DNA from: Candidatus Bathyarchaeota archaeon | GTDB taxonomy: Archaea > Thermoproteota > Bathyarchaeia > TCS64 | Direction of reading: 5' to 3' | Length of the DNA stretch: 62,199 bases | NCBI GenBank assembly: GCA_963771885.1 | Contig: CAVYVF010000010.1 | Span: 1-62,199 of the forward strand | Part shown: in pieces, positions 1 through 11,318 of the stretch | Layout: each line of letters begins with the position of its first letter | Numbering within the stretch: position 1 is the first letter of the stretch | Notes under the pieces: generated by a model | Databases searched by the model: none | Told to the model about the DNA's origin: nothing | Seen by the model: only the letters and a program-made list of their open reading frames with translations | Program-made: the position numbers and the translations under genes

Positions 1-384
1 TAGATAATCGAATGCAGCAAGCGAACCTAACGAGTGTCCGTTCCCCCGATTCTTCCACCGGAATCTCCATGACCAGCGAGATCGATAGTCAACGATATGA
101 ATCCGAATCGCGTCGATCTCAAGTGCTAACCCACTTAAGGTCTCTTTCGCGTTGCTTATTCCATGACAGAAGAGAACTGCGGGTGTAGGGCTGCTTTTCG
201 AGATAAGATTAGATGGTGTATATAGTCTACCCGCGATCGTGTAGCCTTCTAATGGGATAGCTATCTCGCGGATATCTATTGAGCCTTCTCCGTGGTCGAG
301 CCATGAGGCATACCACACTAAGCTGAAGGCGATGGAGGCGAGGAGTGTAAAAGTAAGGAAACTCCTAAGCCGGAAAGTTGGCAT
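1..384 (-). CDS. Alpha/beta hydrolase-like protein with N-terminal hydrophobic segment (partial, runs off window)
   Basis: Manual translation from ATG at 384: MPTFRLRSFLTFTLLASIAFSLVWY...IAGRLYTPS...PAVLLCHGISNAKE; probable frameshift near 110. Confidence 0.6.
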   Translation of the reverse strand, partial: MPTFRLRSFLTFTLLASIAFSLVWYASWLDHGEGSIDIREIAIPLEGYTIAGRLYTPSNLISKSSPTPAVLFCHGISNAKETLSGLALEIDAIRIHIVDYRSRWSWRFRWKNRGNGHSLGSLAAFDYL

Positions 385-420
385 GGTTAAACATGTTTGA
401 GCTTCTGAATAAAAGTGGTG

Positions 421-2057
421 TTAAGTGTTGGATGAGTAGACGGTTTTTCCTCCAAGGATTGTTCTGATGATCTTAGTGTCTTTGATGTTATCGATTGGGC
501 AGGTAAGTATATCGCGGTCGATGATGATCATGTCGGCGAGCTTACCCGGCTCAAGTGAACCTTTTGTCTTCTCCTCAAATGTGAGGTAGGCGCCGTTAAT
601 TGTATACATTCTTAATAGCTTCCTCCCTCGTAACAGCTTCTTCGGGTCCAAGCTGCAGTACCTTTCATCTCTGTTTTTCTTGCGACGCTGGCCCAGAGGC
701 ATGGGAATGGCGGATAAGGTGTAACGGGGGAATCAGTGCCTGAGGCGACGTGAACTCCTTCATCAATCCAGCTGCGGTGAGGTTTCAAACCTGCTGCCCT
801 CTTCAATCCAATGTTCTCGGCGTAGCTGTCACCGAGGTAGTAGAGGAAATCAGGTTGACTGGCGACAGGTATTCCAAGTCGTCTGCACTGCTCATAGTTC
901 TCGGGTGTTGGCTGGTAGGCATGGATCAGGTAGAATCTGCGTCCTTTGATGGGGTTCACCTTGTCAGTTTTCTCGAAGGTATTGAGGACTATATCCATAG
1001 CTTTTCCACCGCAACAGTGGATTCCTACAAGCATTCCTCTCTCGTTAGCGGCGTCGACAAGTCTCTGAAGCTTGTCTTCTGGAACAGTTAGCAACCCCGT
1101 TGCTGTATCTCTCTCATATGGCTCACGCATGAGCGCTGTCTTGCCTCCTATACCTCCATCGATGAGGATCTTCAAGCCCTGGAATCTAATCAGGTCATCA
1201 CCGTAACCTGTGAGCATTGGAAAATTCCTGATTCTGGCAAGGCTCTTCTCTTCAGGTTCGCTCTCCTGAATTGCCGCGAGCATCATGGCTGTTCTAACTG
1301 TGACGTAACCCCGTTCTCGAGCTATCTGGTAGGCAACCATGTCGTCCTCGGATATTCCTGCATCAGTTGCGCTCGTTAATCCCGAGGCGTTGAATGCTTC
1401 ACAGGCAAGGCGGATCTGCTCGACCTTCTGCTCGATGTTATCTGCCGGTATGAGGTTGGAGACTATGTTCATTGCTGGAGACTCCTCAAGCATTCCTGTC
1501 GGCTCACCGTGCTCATCTTTTACTATGCGTCCTCCAACAGGCTGAGCCGTATGTTTGGTGATTCCTGCGAGTTCGAGGGCTTTACTGTTGACAACTGTAG
1601 AGGTGGCCACATGTCCGAGTTAATTGGACAGGGTTATTCGGTGCTACTTTATCGAGATCATATCTCGTTGGGTTACGGTGCTCAGCGAGCTTTGCCTGAT
1701 CCCATCCTCTTCCTAAGATCCAGTCTCCCGGTTTCGCCGTATCCACTTTCTCTTTCACTGCGGCCGCGATATCTTCTATAGATTTCATGGGTGGAGTCCT
1801 GCAGTTGATTATCTGTAGCGCAGAACCGGTTTTGATGAGGTGAAGATGACTATCATTGAGTCCCGGAAGCACCATCCTGTTCTTTAGATCAATAACCTCT
1901 GTTTTCAGGGCCCTTCAGATGCTCCAATTCAGAGTTTTTACCAAAAGCCATGACTTTGCCGTCTTTTACAGCGACTCGATTCAACAACGCTGAACGCATT
2001 ATCGACGATGAGAATCTTTCCGTTCTTTAGGATAAGATCTGCTTCGCATCCTTTCAA
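421..2057 (-). CDS. Amidohydrolase-3 family protein (YtcJ-like), split by several frameshifts
   Basis: TTG start MKGCEADLILKNGKI; VLPGLNDSHLHL, GWDQ, GEPTGMLEE, GTDSPV, YTINGAY..KGSLEPGKLADMII across ORFs 1582-1875, 612-1610, 421-702. Confidence 0.9.
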
Positions 2058-2104
2058 TTAATACACCTTAGCTAATCCATACGCGGTGTGAATATAATGC
2101 TTAG

Positions 2105-2574
2105 TTAACCGAGCAAAAAGGTGAGCTCCTGAATGAGAAGTTCAGGTATATGTCCGCGTCCCATGCGTCTGAGTCTTACGAATCCTAGGTGTTCCAGGAT
2201 TTTAATGTCTGTGTAGACGTTCTTTATATCTCGGTTTAGATTGACCGAGAGTTCGTTAATGCTTCTAACTTGCTGGTCGGCGATATAGTCTAGGAGTTGA
2301 ACTCTGAGGGGGGTTAATTGCTTGAGCTCGCGATTGTGTGAATGGTAGGTCCTCCTCCGCATAGTAGTCAAAGTCTTCTCCTTCTCCTGCTGCACGCAGT
2401 GCGTGATTCATGCTGTTCCACTCGACGTAGTCTTGGAACTGCCCCCTACCCAGGCGACCTCGGAGAAAGTCTTCGTGGAGGTTCTGAAAACTTTCTCCGT
2501 ATTTTCTGTTCTATGGATAAGATTTTTTCACGAACCTCATTGATGGGGATTCTTTTTACTATCCTTAACCTCAT
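2105..2574 (-). CDS. Winged-HTH DNA-binding protein (HVO_A0114-like C-terminus), frameshifted
   Basis: LTPLRVQLLDYI..SINELSVNLNRDIKNVYTDIKILEHLGFV; upstream frame starts MRLRIVKRIPINEVREKI at 2574. Confidence 0.65.
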
Positions 2575-2645
2575 TAAGCTATTATTGGTTTTTATACCAA
2601 TAAAGGCTTTTATCTGAGGGTATTTCGAAAAGGGATTGATAGACC

Positions 2646-4095
2646 ATGAAGATGGGAGTAGAGAAGATCGATGACCTTACCTGGGAGATCCCCCAAGGTT
2701 CGGTTCCTGGGATGAATGTCCCAGCAAGGATCTACGCTGACCAGTTCCTCTTAGACGCAATGATGGAGGATGACACTCTTAGACAGAGCACTAATCTCAC
2801 ACAGCTTCCGGGGATACTAAAGTACGGCATTACTCTCCCTGACGGACATCAGGGGTATGGGTTCCCTATTGGAGGCGTTGCAGCTTTCGATGCCGAGACT
2901 GGCATAGTTACGCCTGGTGGGGTAGGGTATGACATTAACTGTGGTGTCCTTCTTATGCGGAGTAACCTCACCTATAAGGATGTTCAGCCAAAAAGCTGAG
3001 GAGCTCATCGACCGGATATTTCATCTTGTCCCTTGTGGAGTTGGGGTTGGAAGTAAGCTTCGCCTCAGTCCACAGGAGCTGGATAAAGCGGTTACCGGCG
3101 GTGTTCAGTGGGCTATAGATGAAGGTTACGGTTGGGACGGCGACCAGAGAAACATGGAGGAGGGGGGTTGCATGAAGGAGGCGAACCCCGATAAGGTGAG
3201 TGGGAAGGCTAAGAGTCGTGGAGCAAGCCAGTTGGGAACTCTTGGAGCTGGAAACCATTTCCTTGAAATTGCTAAAGTTAGTGAGGTGTATGATCAGGCT
3301 GCAGCGAAGGCCTTTGGCATAACGGGGCCGGATCAGATTGTAGCGTGGATTCATACAGGTAGCCGAGGTTTCGGTCACCAAATCGCCACAGACTATATTC
3401 GCGTCATGGAGCAGGCTACTATAAAGTATAAGATCAAACTGCCTGACCGTGAGCTCGCCTGCGCTCCCCTAAAGAGTCGAGAGGCAGATGACTATTATGA
3501 GGCGATGTCATGCGCAGTCAACTGGGCTTTCATAAATCGACAGCTCATACTCCACCAGGTTCGTCAAGCCTTCGCTGAGACGTTCAAGCGAAAACCCGAA
3601 GAAATGGGTCTTGACCTCGTATACAGCATGACTCACAACACGGCGAAGCGGGAGGAGCACGTCGTCAACGGCAAACGGATGAAGACTGTGGTCCACAGGA
3701 AAGGAGCTAGCCGCGCCTTTGGTCCAGGTAGGGATGACCTTCCAGCAGCGTACAAAAGCATCGGACAGCCTGTTCTCCTAGTCGGAACGATGGGGACCGC
3801 AAGTTACCTACTCAAAGGAACCGAGAAGGGTGAAGAGGTGAGCTTCGCCTCGACTGCTCATGGCGCTGGACGCGTTATGAGCCGAGCTGGCGCTCGCCGG
3901 AGTTGGACGGCGAATGAGATAGTCGCTGACCTAAAGAAGAGAGGTATCATAATCCGTGCTGCCTCAGGGCAGGTCATTGAGGAGGAGAGCCCTGACTGCT
4001 ACAAGGACATCCATAGGGTTGCTGATGTAAGTCACCGCCTCGGCGTGGGTCGAAAGGTGATGATGTCTCTACCAATCGCAGTAGCAAAAGGCTAA
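2646..4095 (+). CDS. rtcB: tRNA-splicing ligase RtcB (frameshift near 2990)
   Basis: LPDGHQGYGFPIGGV, GVGYDINCG, QLGTLGAGNHFLE, HTGSRGFGHQ, HN, HRKGA, STAHGAGR, C-terminal KG. Confidence 0.97.
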
Positions 4096-4210
4096 ACTCA
4101 ATCATCCTCTCTGGAAGGTTACGCCAGAGGAAATCATAGGATACTTGTGCTCGGGTGGCTACCCGTAATTAAGTATAAATATCACATGGCTACGCGTATC
4201 TTAGGTAACC

Positions 4211-4913
4211 TTGGCTTCAAAAAACTTGAAACCTCATCTCTGGTTTACATTGTATATTCTTTTACGTCTAGGTGGCGGTCGTGGGCTAGTTAAAGTCTCA
4301 ACAACAGAGCTTAGCCTTGCGTTAGGGGGTTCTCAGCAGTCGGCAAGCCGTCATCTTCAGCTATTAGAAAAGGAGGGCTTTATCTCTAGAAGAATCGATC
4401 CAAGTGGAAGCCTTATCAACCTTACAGAAAAAGGTGTCACGGCTCTCGATGAGGTTCTCCAGGACTTGAAAGGGTATCTTGAAGGCGAAGCAGCGGAGCC
4501 TTTTGTCTTCGAAGGAACCGTCGTCAGCGGCCTATACGAAGGTGCATACTACATCAGCAAAGAAGGATACAGCCGACCTATTAGGGAAAAGTTGGGTTTT
4601 GATCCTTTTCCTGGTACATTGAACGTAAAGATCAGGGAGGAGGATTATGAGCGAAGGAGGCGACTTGAAAAGTCTCCTACAGCTCTGATTGAAGGGTTTA
4701 AAGACGGTGAGCGTAGCTTCGGTTCAGCGAAGCTCTATCAAGTATTGATAAACGACGAGATGAAGGGTGCACTTATCGTTGCAGATAGAACCATACATGA
4801 TCTCTCAGTGATGGAGATAGTTAGCCCATCTTACCTTCGACGCCACTTTAAACTCGCTGATGGCGATCCGCATCAAACTCGTTTTTCAGACCTCTCGACG
4901 ATCCGTTTCTTGA
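4211..4913 (+). CDS. ribK: CTP-dependent riboflavin kinase with N-terminal winged HTH (RbkR-type)
   Basis: SQQSASRHL HTH; GTVVSGLYEGAYYI, LGFDPFPGTLN, EIVSPSYLR..LADGD; frameshift at the 3' end. Confidence 0.92.
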
Positions 4914-5328
4914 TCTTACTGCTGCTGTTCAGGTGGTCGGGACCGAACTTTCCGACGCGAAGAACTTTAATGTCGTAGTTTTTTTCAGCTATGAGTTTTT
5001 TTGCCTGGTCCTCGATCTCCTGCTGGTCGTGACCAACGGCCACGATCTCGGGGAGGGTCTCTTTGATGACCTTGTCCATGTCGAGGGTTCTTCCTCCGAT
5101 TATGGCTTCATCAACGACTTTTAACGCCTCTACAAGGGCGCGGCGTTGGCTCTCCGGCATGATGGGAGGCCGCCCTTTGGCTCTAAATACTGTTTCGTCG
5201 GAGGCTACTATTACGGTGAGTCGGGCGTTTGGCTCCCCTAGTTTACGAGCTTCTTCAAGGAATCTTATATGGCCATAATGGAGGAGATCGAATACTCCGC
5301 TCGCGAGTACACGCATTTTATTCACCAC
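4873..5328 (-). CDS. ribL: Archaeal FAD synthetase (cytidylyltransferase fold)
   Basis: RVLASGVFDLLHYGH HxGH motif, KGRPPIMPESQR, VAVGHDQ, SSSKIK; adjacent to riboflavin kinase. Confidence 0.88.
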   Translation of the reverse strand: MVNKMRVLASGVFDLLHYGHIRFLEEARKLGEPNARLTVIVASDETVFRAKGRPPIMPESQRRALVEALKVVDEAIIGGRTLDMDKVIKETLPEIVAVGHDQQEIEDQAKKLIAEKNYDIKVLRVGKFGPDHLNSSSKIKKRIVERSEKRV

Positions 5329-6343
5329 TCAAAGTCGGTGATCCCTAATAACTTTAAGGCATCTAGAATGCCTTCAGCGTAGGCGACGCTGGTTAAAGAC
5401 GTGGGTTTCTTATCTGCACGATAGAATTCAGCGTCAGCCAGGTATCGGTCAACATGATCCAGAATACTTTGTATCTGAACCTGTGAAGGGGCAAGCGGGG
5501 CGCCGTTGTCATTGTTTGGCGGACACGGCGGCATCCCGCGATATACTTGTCGATGAGGGTGTCGAGTTCGGACTTTACAGTTCTTCCCTTAAGGATTTCC
5601 GGTGGACAGCCAGCAAGAGTCTTGAGTGCGTCCTCCTCCCTGAAATGAAGACTGCCCGGGATGATTAGGCTATGAGGCGGGTCACCGAAGTTGATTAAAG
5701 CAACTTCACGAGCAGAGCCTGCGCGAATAATTGATCCTTTAGAGCCCAGTCTAGCGACGCCTACGACTAAAGTGTCTTCGCTGAGCCCAGTCTCGAATAG
5801 ACGGTTTAAGCCCTGGTTGACTGTCATATACTTATCAGCCTCGTTGTCCAGATCTAGGAGAATTAGGCTGTGAAGGCCTTGTCCCTGGTTTTCCGATATA
5901 CATCGGAGAGTCGTGTCCACGGGTCCTTTCTCTTCGAAGGGTATTGTAGCGGTTCGACCGAATTTGTAGAGGCTTAAACCCGTCTCTGCGATAGCGCTGA
6001 ATATGCTGCTTCCGTGGATTATGTTGACTTTAACTCCTTTTACGGTTGCGTCGATAACCAGGCTTATGTGAGTCGTAGCGCTCAAGCAATCTCCTCCCAC
6101 AAGAACTCCGACGCGTTTAGTTCGAGCTTCTTCAATTATCTTGTCGGCGTGCTCCTCAAGGTCTCCACGGCGGAGGTAGCTGATGGGCTTCTCGGTGATC
6201 TGGGTTAAAGCGGCGAGTGTTGTCGCTAGCTTCATGGTGTAGAGCTCGGCGTAAAGTCTATCGCAGTCCCTAGCTTCCTCGAGAGCGCGTAGGCTGATGT
6301 CTTTCTCATCGGTTAATCCGATGCTTATGAGGCTGAGCGTCAA
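5322..6343 (-). CDS. dph5: Diphthine synthase with C-terminal DUF357-like domain (frameshift near 5500)
   Basis: LISIGL..DISLRALE, YAELYT, GDCLSATTH, GLSLYKFGRTATIP, GLHSLILLD, FGDPPHSLIIPG.LHF.E; tail YLADAEFY..SVAYAEGILDAL. Confidence 0.92.
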
Positions 6344-6648
6344 GGTTTTCGTCTCCTGAGAGGCATCCTGTTTACATGGCCACATGTCAGACATGTTGTG
6401 GCAATATGGGGTTCCCTAGTTTGCCTGATGCGAGTACGGCTAGTGTCGGGGAGTAGGAGTCTTTTACACCCTCTGCAGACTTGGCGACGGAGGTCGCTGG
6501 AGAGATGAACACGGTTTCTCGATGCGATTCGGCGGGCAAGCTCAATCAAGCGCTGTGCTCTCTCAGGCTCGGATACGTGGATCTCCTCCGCTTTATTGAA
6601 AAGTATCCTGATCCTCTCCTCTGCGATACGGCGTGAATCATCTTTCAC
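6340..6648 (-). CDS. rnp4: Ribonuclease P protein component 4 (Rpp21)
   Basis: IAEERIRILF..A, CRGC..LLP..R.R....CLTCG zinc ribbon. Confidence 0.93.
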   Translation of the reverse strand: MKDDSRRIAEERIRILFNKAEEIHVSEPERAQRLIELARRIASRNRVHLSSDLRRQVCRGCKRLLLPDTSRTRIRQTREPHIATTCLTCGHVNRMPLRRRKP

Positions 6649-6683
6649 GAAGGTTACCCCAGGTTTGGTGAAGTTGGGAAGAG

Positions 6684-6690
6684 TTTATAA
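6684..6690 (+). promoter_or_regulatory. Probable TATA box of the tRNA gene
   Basis: TTTATAA preceded by purine-rich BRE-like GGGAAGAG, about 27 nt upstream of the tRNA 5' end. Confidence 0.6.
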
Positions 6691-6716
6691 GAGTTGAGTA
6701 GGTATAGCGGATAAGA

Positions 6717-6794
6717 AGCGGGGTAGGGCAGCCAGGCTAGCCCGCGGGGCTCATAACCCCGAGGTCGGTAGTTCAAATCTACCCCCCGCTACCA
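6717..6794 (+). tRNA. Initiator tRNA-Met (CAT), encoded CCA, no intron
   Basis: AGCGGGG...CCCCGCT-A-CCA acceptor stem with A1-U72; anticodon arm GGG-CT-CAT-AA-CCC with consecutive G-C pairs; GTTCAAAT T-loop. Confidence 0.96.
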
Positions 6795-7021
6795 CGGATC
6801 TACCGCCCGTTTCTAGTGGTGGTTTATTTAATGCTCTCTGGAGAATCAGGACTCTCAGTAAGAGCAGTCAGCAGGCTTACTCGAAGTACCTGAAGCGGCT
6901 GAGCAGGGTCGCTGACTTGAATGACCCGAAGAGTGTTGAGGTCTGCATTCTGGGACTTCAGTGCACGAATAAGTCTAGAAACAACTTCTTCATGGCGTAC
7001 AGCCATTACTGCAAGGCGTGA
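6749..7021 (+). mobile_element. Truncated tyrosine-integrase remnant overlapping the tRNA 3' half
   Basis: Start-less open frame AHNPEVGSSNLPPATT...LSKSSQQAYSKYLKRLSRVADLNDPKSVEVCILGLQCTNKSRNNFFMAYSHYCKA*, resembling the core-binding region of tRNA-associated archaeal integrases; no catalytic domain. Confidence 0.65.
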
Positions 7022-7129
7022 GCGGTGTTGTTATGATGGTAAGAATGTACAACTATCAAAGACTTCATATGAGCGCGATGGAGGTATCTTCAAGGCTTTA
7101 TGGTCAATAAGGACTCCAAGCAAGAATTT

Positions 7130-7576
7130 TCAATTAACCGCGCGCACGTAACTCTCCGATCCGTACAGCCTCTTGTATAGATAGCCAATAACTATTCCAA
7201 CAAAGAGAAACCTTGGTATGTTAAGCGTTACGCCGATGAGGAAGATATTCAAGGTATCACTCGTACGACTTGCGGCAACTCCGACCAAGATAGAGACAAT
7301 GCCTAGGGCAACGAAGCCTAGTATCGCGGATTTTAGAATTGGATTCTTTGTTGGAATCTTTTCAAAAAACCGGAGAAAAATATAGCTGAGGCCGCAGCTG
7401 ATAATCATGCCACCAATCACAGATTCAACAAACATCATTTGAAAATAAGAAATTGAAAGAGCAGCTCTGAACACTGCGGCGATGGGAAGCAAGGAAAATG
7501 CGAAGGTAATTGCCCAGAATGCTACTCCTCCCCCAATAGTCAGTTTGAACAGCTTCTTGTAGAACTCGGATGACAT
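7130..7576 (-). CDS. Hypothetical membrane protein (about 4 TM)
   Basis: Hydrophobic segments; FFEKIPTKNPILKS motif; likely start MSSEFYKK. Confidence 0.7.
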   Translation of the reverse strand: MSSEFYKKLFKLTIGGGVAFWAITFAFSLLPIAAVFRAALSISYFQMMFVESVIGGMIISCGLSYIFLRFFEKIPTKNPILKSAILGFVALGIVSILVGVAASRTSDTLNIFLIGVTLNIPRFLFVGIVIGYLYKRLYGSESYVRAVN

Positions 7577-7628
7577 CTGCTCGCTTGCTTCGACCTGTTG
7601 CTTGGGTTTCCATGGTTGTTCAACTACC

Positions 7629-8322
7629 CTACTTAGGAGACTCGGAAGCAAGTACGGATGGGTTGAATCCTTTGACTATCAGCCATACTGCAAGAACTAT
7701 TTCTTGCGGGAGCATTGGAATAGCGATAAGGATTTGTTCCGTACTAAAAGGAGCGATGAGACCAGTCAAGACTAACACGCATGACAATATGCCCAATATG
7801 GCAGCAACAAGACCCCAAGACCGATATCCATCGAGGAACTAGTTTTGTTCGATAAAATATGATATAATGTAGCAGAGCACCTATGGAAAAAGCCAGCAAA
7901 CTAACGAGGTTTACCCAACGATTTCCTGCATATAGCAATGCGCCTAAGGTTTGGAAATACGATGAATCCGGGGCTCCAGCTTGTACAAATTGCTGGCTTA
8001 ATGTTATTAGTAATAGATAGGCACACACAGCAACAAAACGTAACACTCCCTCAGAAACCCTGAAACCAACAGCTCCAAGAGCTAGACCTGCATTGAATTT
8101 TTTTAGCACTGGATACAGCGAAATTGCTATACCGGAAGCGCATACACCACCGATTAACAAAAGAAGGGCTCCGGTTCCTACTAGCCCTGCATTTTCAGAA
8201 ACACTAACAAGATAATTCGGAGCCGTCACAGGTCCCAGAAATAGGAAGCTTAGGACATCTAAACCCGTATAAATGATCCATAATACTCCCGCAATTATTG
8301 CGAGCTTTCTGTAGTAATCCAT
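7629..8322 (-). CDS. DUF4386-like membrane protein (frameshifted)
   Basis: IAISLYPVLKK..GLALGAVGFR, YRTKLVPRWIS and, in another frame, PMLPQEIVLAVWLIVKGFN. Confidence 0.8.
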
Positions 8323-8521
8323 TTTGACCCCTGCGCTTGCGTGGGGCACACTTTCATTCAACTTTTCCATGTTTCTTATTTTCTCCAATTCTTACGTCAA
8401 CTCCAAGTCAAGCAGAGCAGGCTTGAACCATTTAGCTCGGCCGAACGCTCGAGTGTGGAAAATCAACATCGGTGATTCGGGCGGTATATCAAACGCAGCC
8501 CATGAATCTGCATCGAGAGAC

Positions 8522-8749
8522 ATGGTAAAAGCGAATACGATGAAGGGACACTCGTTTTCCATCGAGATGCCGTCCAGAAACAGCATAAACAACCTCTCGA
8601 TCAACGGCGGGTCGACTATCGAAGGCGATCTAGGGGACAACATCAGCTTCGAGATCATCGAGGGGATAATGCTTCAGATATCCGGGGAGAACGGCGTCTT
8701 CCGCCTCGATCTACGGGAAGGCGAATCGGACGCATGCTTCGGTCACTGA
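8522..8749 (+). CDS. Small uncharacterised protein, family copy 1
   Basis: HSFSIEM...IEGDLG...MLQISGENGVFRLDL; homologous to 14049, 41770, 50243. Confidence 0.75.
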   Translation: MVKANTMKGHSFSIEMPSRNSINNLSINGGSTIEGDLGDNISFEIIEGIMLQISGENGVFRLDLREGESDACFGH

Positions 8750-8813
8750 AAAAAAGTAAGGCGTGACCCCACAATATATCTAGCCCATCACGCATACTCT
8801 AGTTGAACACGTC

Positions 8814-9565
8814 ATGGAAGCGTTATGCGATCTACTCTTCGAACTGTCAAACGAGGAGCGGCTGAAGATACTACTTGAGCTTGAGAAGGGCCCGAGGAAC
8901 CTGACCAGAATCGCGAAAGACCTAGACTTCACATCACAGGGAACCTCGAGGAACATGGCGCGACTCGTGGAGACCTCCATCATCCGCAGGAATCCTGACG
9001 GCGAATACGAGCTAACCCAATACGGCAGCGTCTCGTTGAGGCTCCTAAGCTCCTACGAGTTCCTCTCGAGGAACAGGCAGCATTTCCTTAGCCACGATGC
9101 CTCCGTTCTGCCATATCAGTTCATTAATCGGTTGGGTGAGCTCAGCGCGAGTTCTTTTCAGGGGGACTTCATTACGAACTATGTCCTAGAGGGAGAGATG
9201 GCGAAGCAGGCGGAGGAGTACGTCTATTCGATGGGGGACCAGTTCAATGTGAACTCCCCCCCATAATTGCCGAGAAGTTGAAGCTTGGAGTGGAGTTTCG
9301 CTCAATTTTCCCCGAGACCATAGTTCCACCCCCCGGTTTTCGACCCGCAGCAGGTGTCGAGAGGAGACTGCTTCCGAAGGTGCAGGTGGGTATCATGATG
9401 ACTGATAAGAAGGCCATGTTCGGGCTACCTACACTTGAGGGTAAGATGGATGGCGAGCATTTTGTAAGTGAGGACCCGAAGTTCCGTAGGTGGTGTCTTG
9501 ACCTTTTCAATTATTATTGGGATCAGGGTAAACCCATCGTAGGCGCCTTCCCGAATCTATCCTAA
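8814..9565 (+). CDS. ArsR-type wHTH regulator with DUF1724/FilR1-like C-terminal domain (frameshift near 9255)
   Basis: LLFELSNEERLKIL..LT.IAKDL..TSR...L; F.SEDPKFRRWCLDLFNYYW. Confidence 0.85.
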
Positions 9566-9688
9566 CTTGAAAGGGCCGAGATCTCTATCGTCAGGTAAAA
9601 ATAGTGAACAGCACCACAATGGGAAGCGCCTAGAATAAAGGCGCTTCTGGTGAGAACAAAGTATGGCTTTAAGCGCTCAAAAAAAGGC

Positions 9689-10733
9689 CTACTTGATGAA
9701 GGTGGTCTCAACGATCGCTCCACCCGTTGGGAGGGTACCGCTCCATTGGAAACCATTAACCCCAATATACTCAACCTCAATCTCATACGTAGGCTTCCAA
9801 ACAACAGGAGCGGAGACTGTTATCGTCCATCCACTGCCAGTGTATTGAATCTTCGAGGCACCTACGATGCCCATTGGGACGAGGTTGGACTCCACCCACT
9901 CCGACGGCAGCTTTACACTGGCATCGGGGTGGTTTGTCTGAAGGAACTTTAGTGCCATATCCCGCGCATCCTCGGTTGTGTAGTAGATCGGCTCGTCTGA
10001 GTTGTTGTTCATTGTCTCAAACTCTTCGTTGCTGATCTTCATCTCAAGCGTCCCCATCCACGTGAAGCTGTTGTCGCCGGAATACTGTATGGAAATGCTG
10101 TAGATGGGTGTTAACGTGATGCCGTGTTTAACTACGACTATCCAGTCACCTGAGGTGTATTGAAGCGTCTGGTAGCCGCGGAGGCCCTCAGGAGTCGTAT
10201 CAACGACAATCCAAGACTTTGGAGCCTCGACATTTAGGCCGTATCTAGAAATAATGTAGCTGATGATAGCATCCCTTGCGCTTTCGGGTGTGGAGACGCC
10301 GTCGGAGGAAACGTCGTTTGTGGGAACACTGCTTTGCGTGAGTTCATCCCATACACCGTCGATGACTGCGGAGACAACGACGCCGTTTTCGACCTGCACC
10401 ACAATCTTGTGATCGGTGAGAACCTGCGCCGCCAATCCACTACCCCGGTCACCGTAGCCAGCTGAGCTTGACGTGAAACCGATATCAATGACGTAGAGCA
10501 CCGGGTAACGCTCGAGGGACTTTGAGTCAAGTACCTCAATCGAGCTCCCGATGCCGTCGAACTTGAATGTAGGGGAGTTCTTGAGGAAACTGATGGCTAT
10601 TAGCCTCAGGCGTCCCTTCGAGTGGCTTCGATGCGTCGATGTTAATCTGGTTGTTTTGCATGGCGTAGATGGTCGTTGGGAAAATGAATAGGACCAGCAT
10701 AGCCGCTGCGATAATCGCTATTTTTCTCATCAC
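9689..10733 (-). CDS. Secreted hypothetical protein with two internal repeats (frameshift near 10590)
   Basis: Signal peptide MRKIAIIAAAMLVLF; LKNSPTFKFDG..AGYGDR..AQVLT.H domain; two ARD.A...P..W...P.G..G...YT...W repeats. Confidence 0.75.
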
Positions 10734-10814
10734 ATTTCACTGACGTGTAGTCTAGAAGCAGGGGTATAATCCCAGGGATTCGAACGTTAGTTCTATTCAT
10801 TAGAACAGGTCATT

Positions 10815-11253
10815 TCAGCCATTAATCGGAAACGTGTTCGCATCAATTATTGGGATATCACAAGGTATAGTGAGACCAGGTAGCAAAGTGACACGATTGC
10901 GAATGCCGATAACATACCGTATTGAAGAAGAGGGAATCATTGACCCTTGGGGGTAAATGATCTGAAGTGCAACCCTGGTCAGCCATAAAATAGAGGTGGC
11001 GGCAAGCATGACAATTATCGAGTATCTATTTGACTGGTCTCCCGTAAATGAATAAAACATTCACTACCCCAAACAACACCAATGATAAAGAAAAGAAGAC
11101 GTTGATTGCCCTAATGGCCACCACCAACTCCGTCGCATTCGCGTCAATATAGGAGTACCAATTCCACATCGTCGGTACAAAGAAGTGCCAAACCCCGAAA
11201 CCAATAGACGATACACTACCTACCATCACCAGCGTCTTTACAAGCGGATCCAA
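10815..11253 (-). CDS. Hypothetical membrane protein (frameshifted)
   Basis: GFGVWHFFVP..WNWYSYI then LWLTRVALQIIYPQGS in overlapping ORFs. Confidence 0.7.
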
Positions 11254-11318
11254 TAGTCAACCTCCAAAAGCGAGCCTTCCTAATTCTGCTTCAAACTCAT
11301 GTTAAACGCGGATGTGGA

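Larger units (their letters stand above)
8401..9591 (+). repeat. Copy 1 of a ~1.2 kb direct duplication (promoter region + small ORF + regulator)
   Basis: Aligns by eye end to end with 13926-15118 at high but imperfect identity. Confidence 0.95.

Noticed and set aside
2646..4095. Intein in RtcB or split RtcB
   Set aside because: Combined length is normal (about 480 aa) with no intein motifs; the split is a single frameshift
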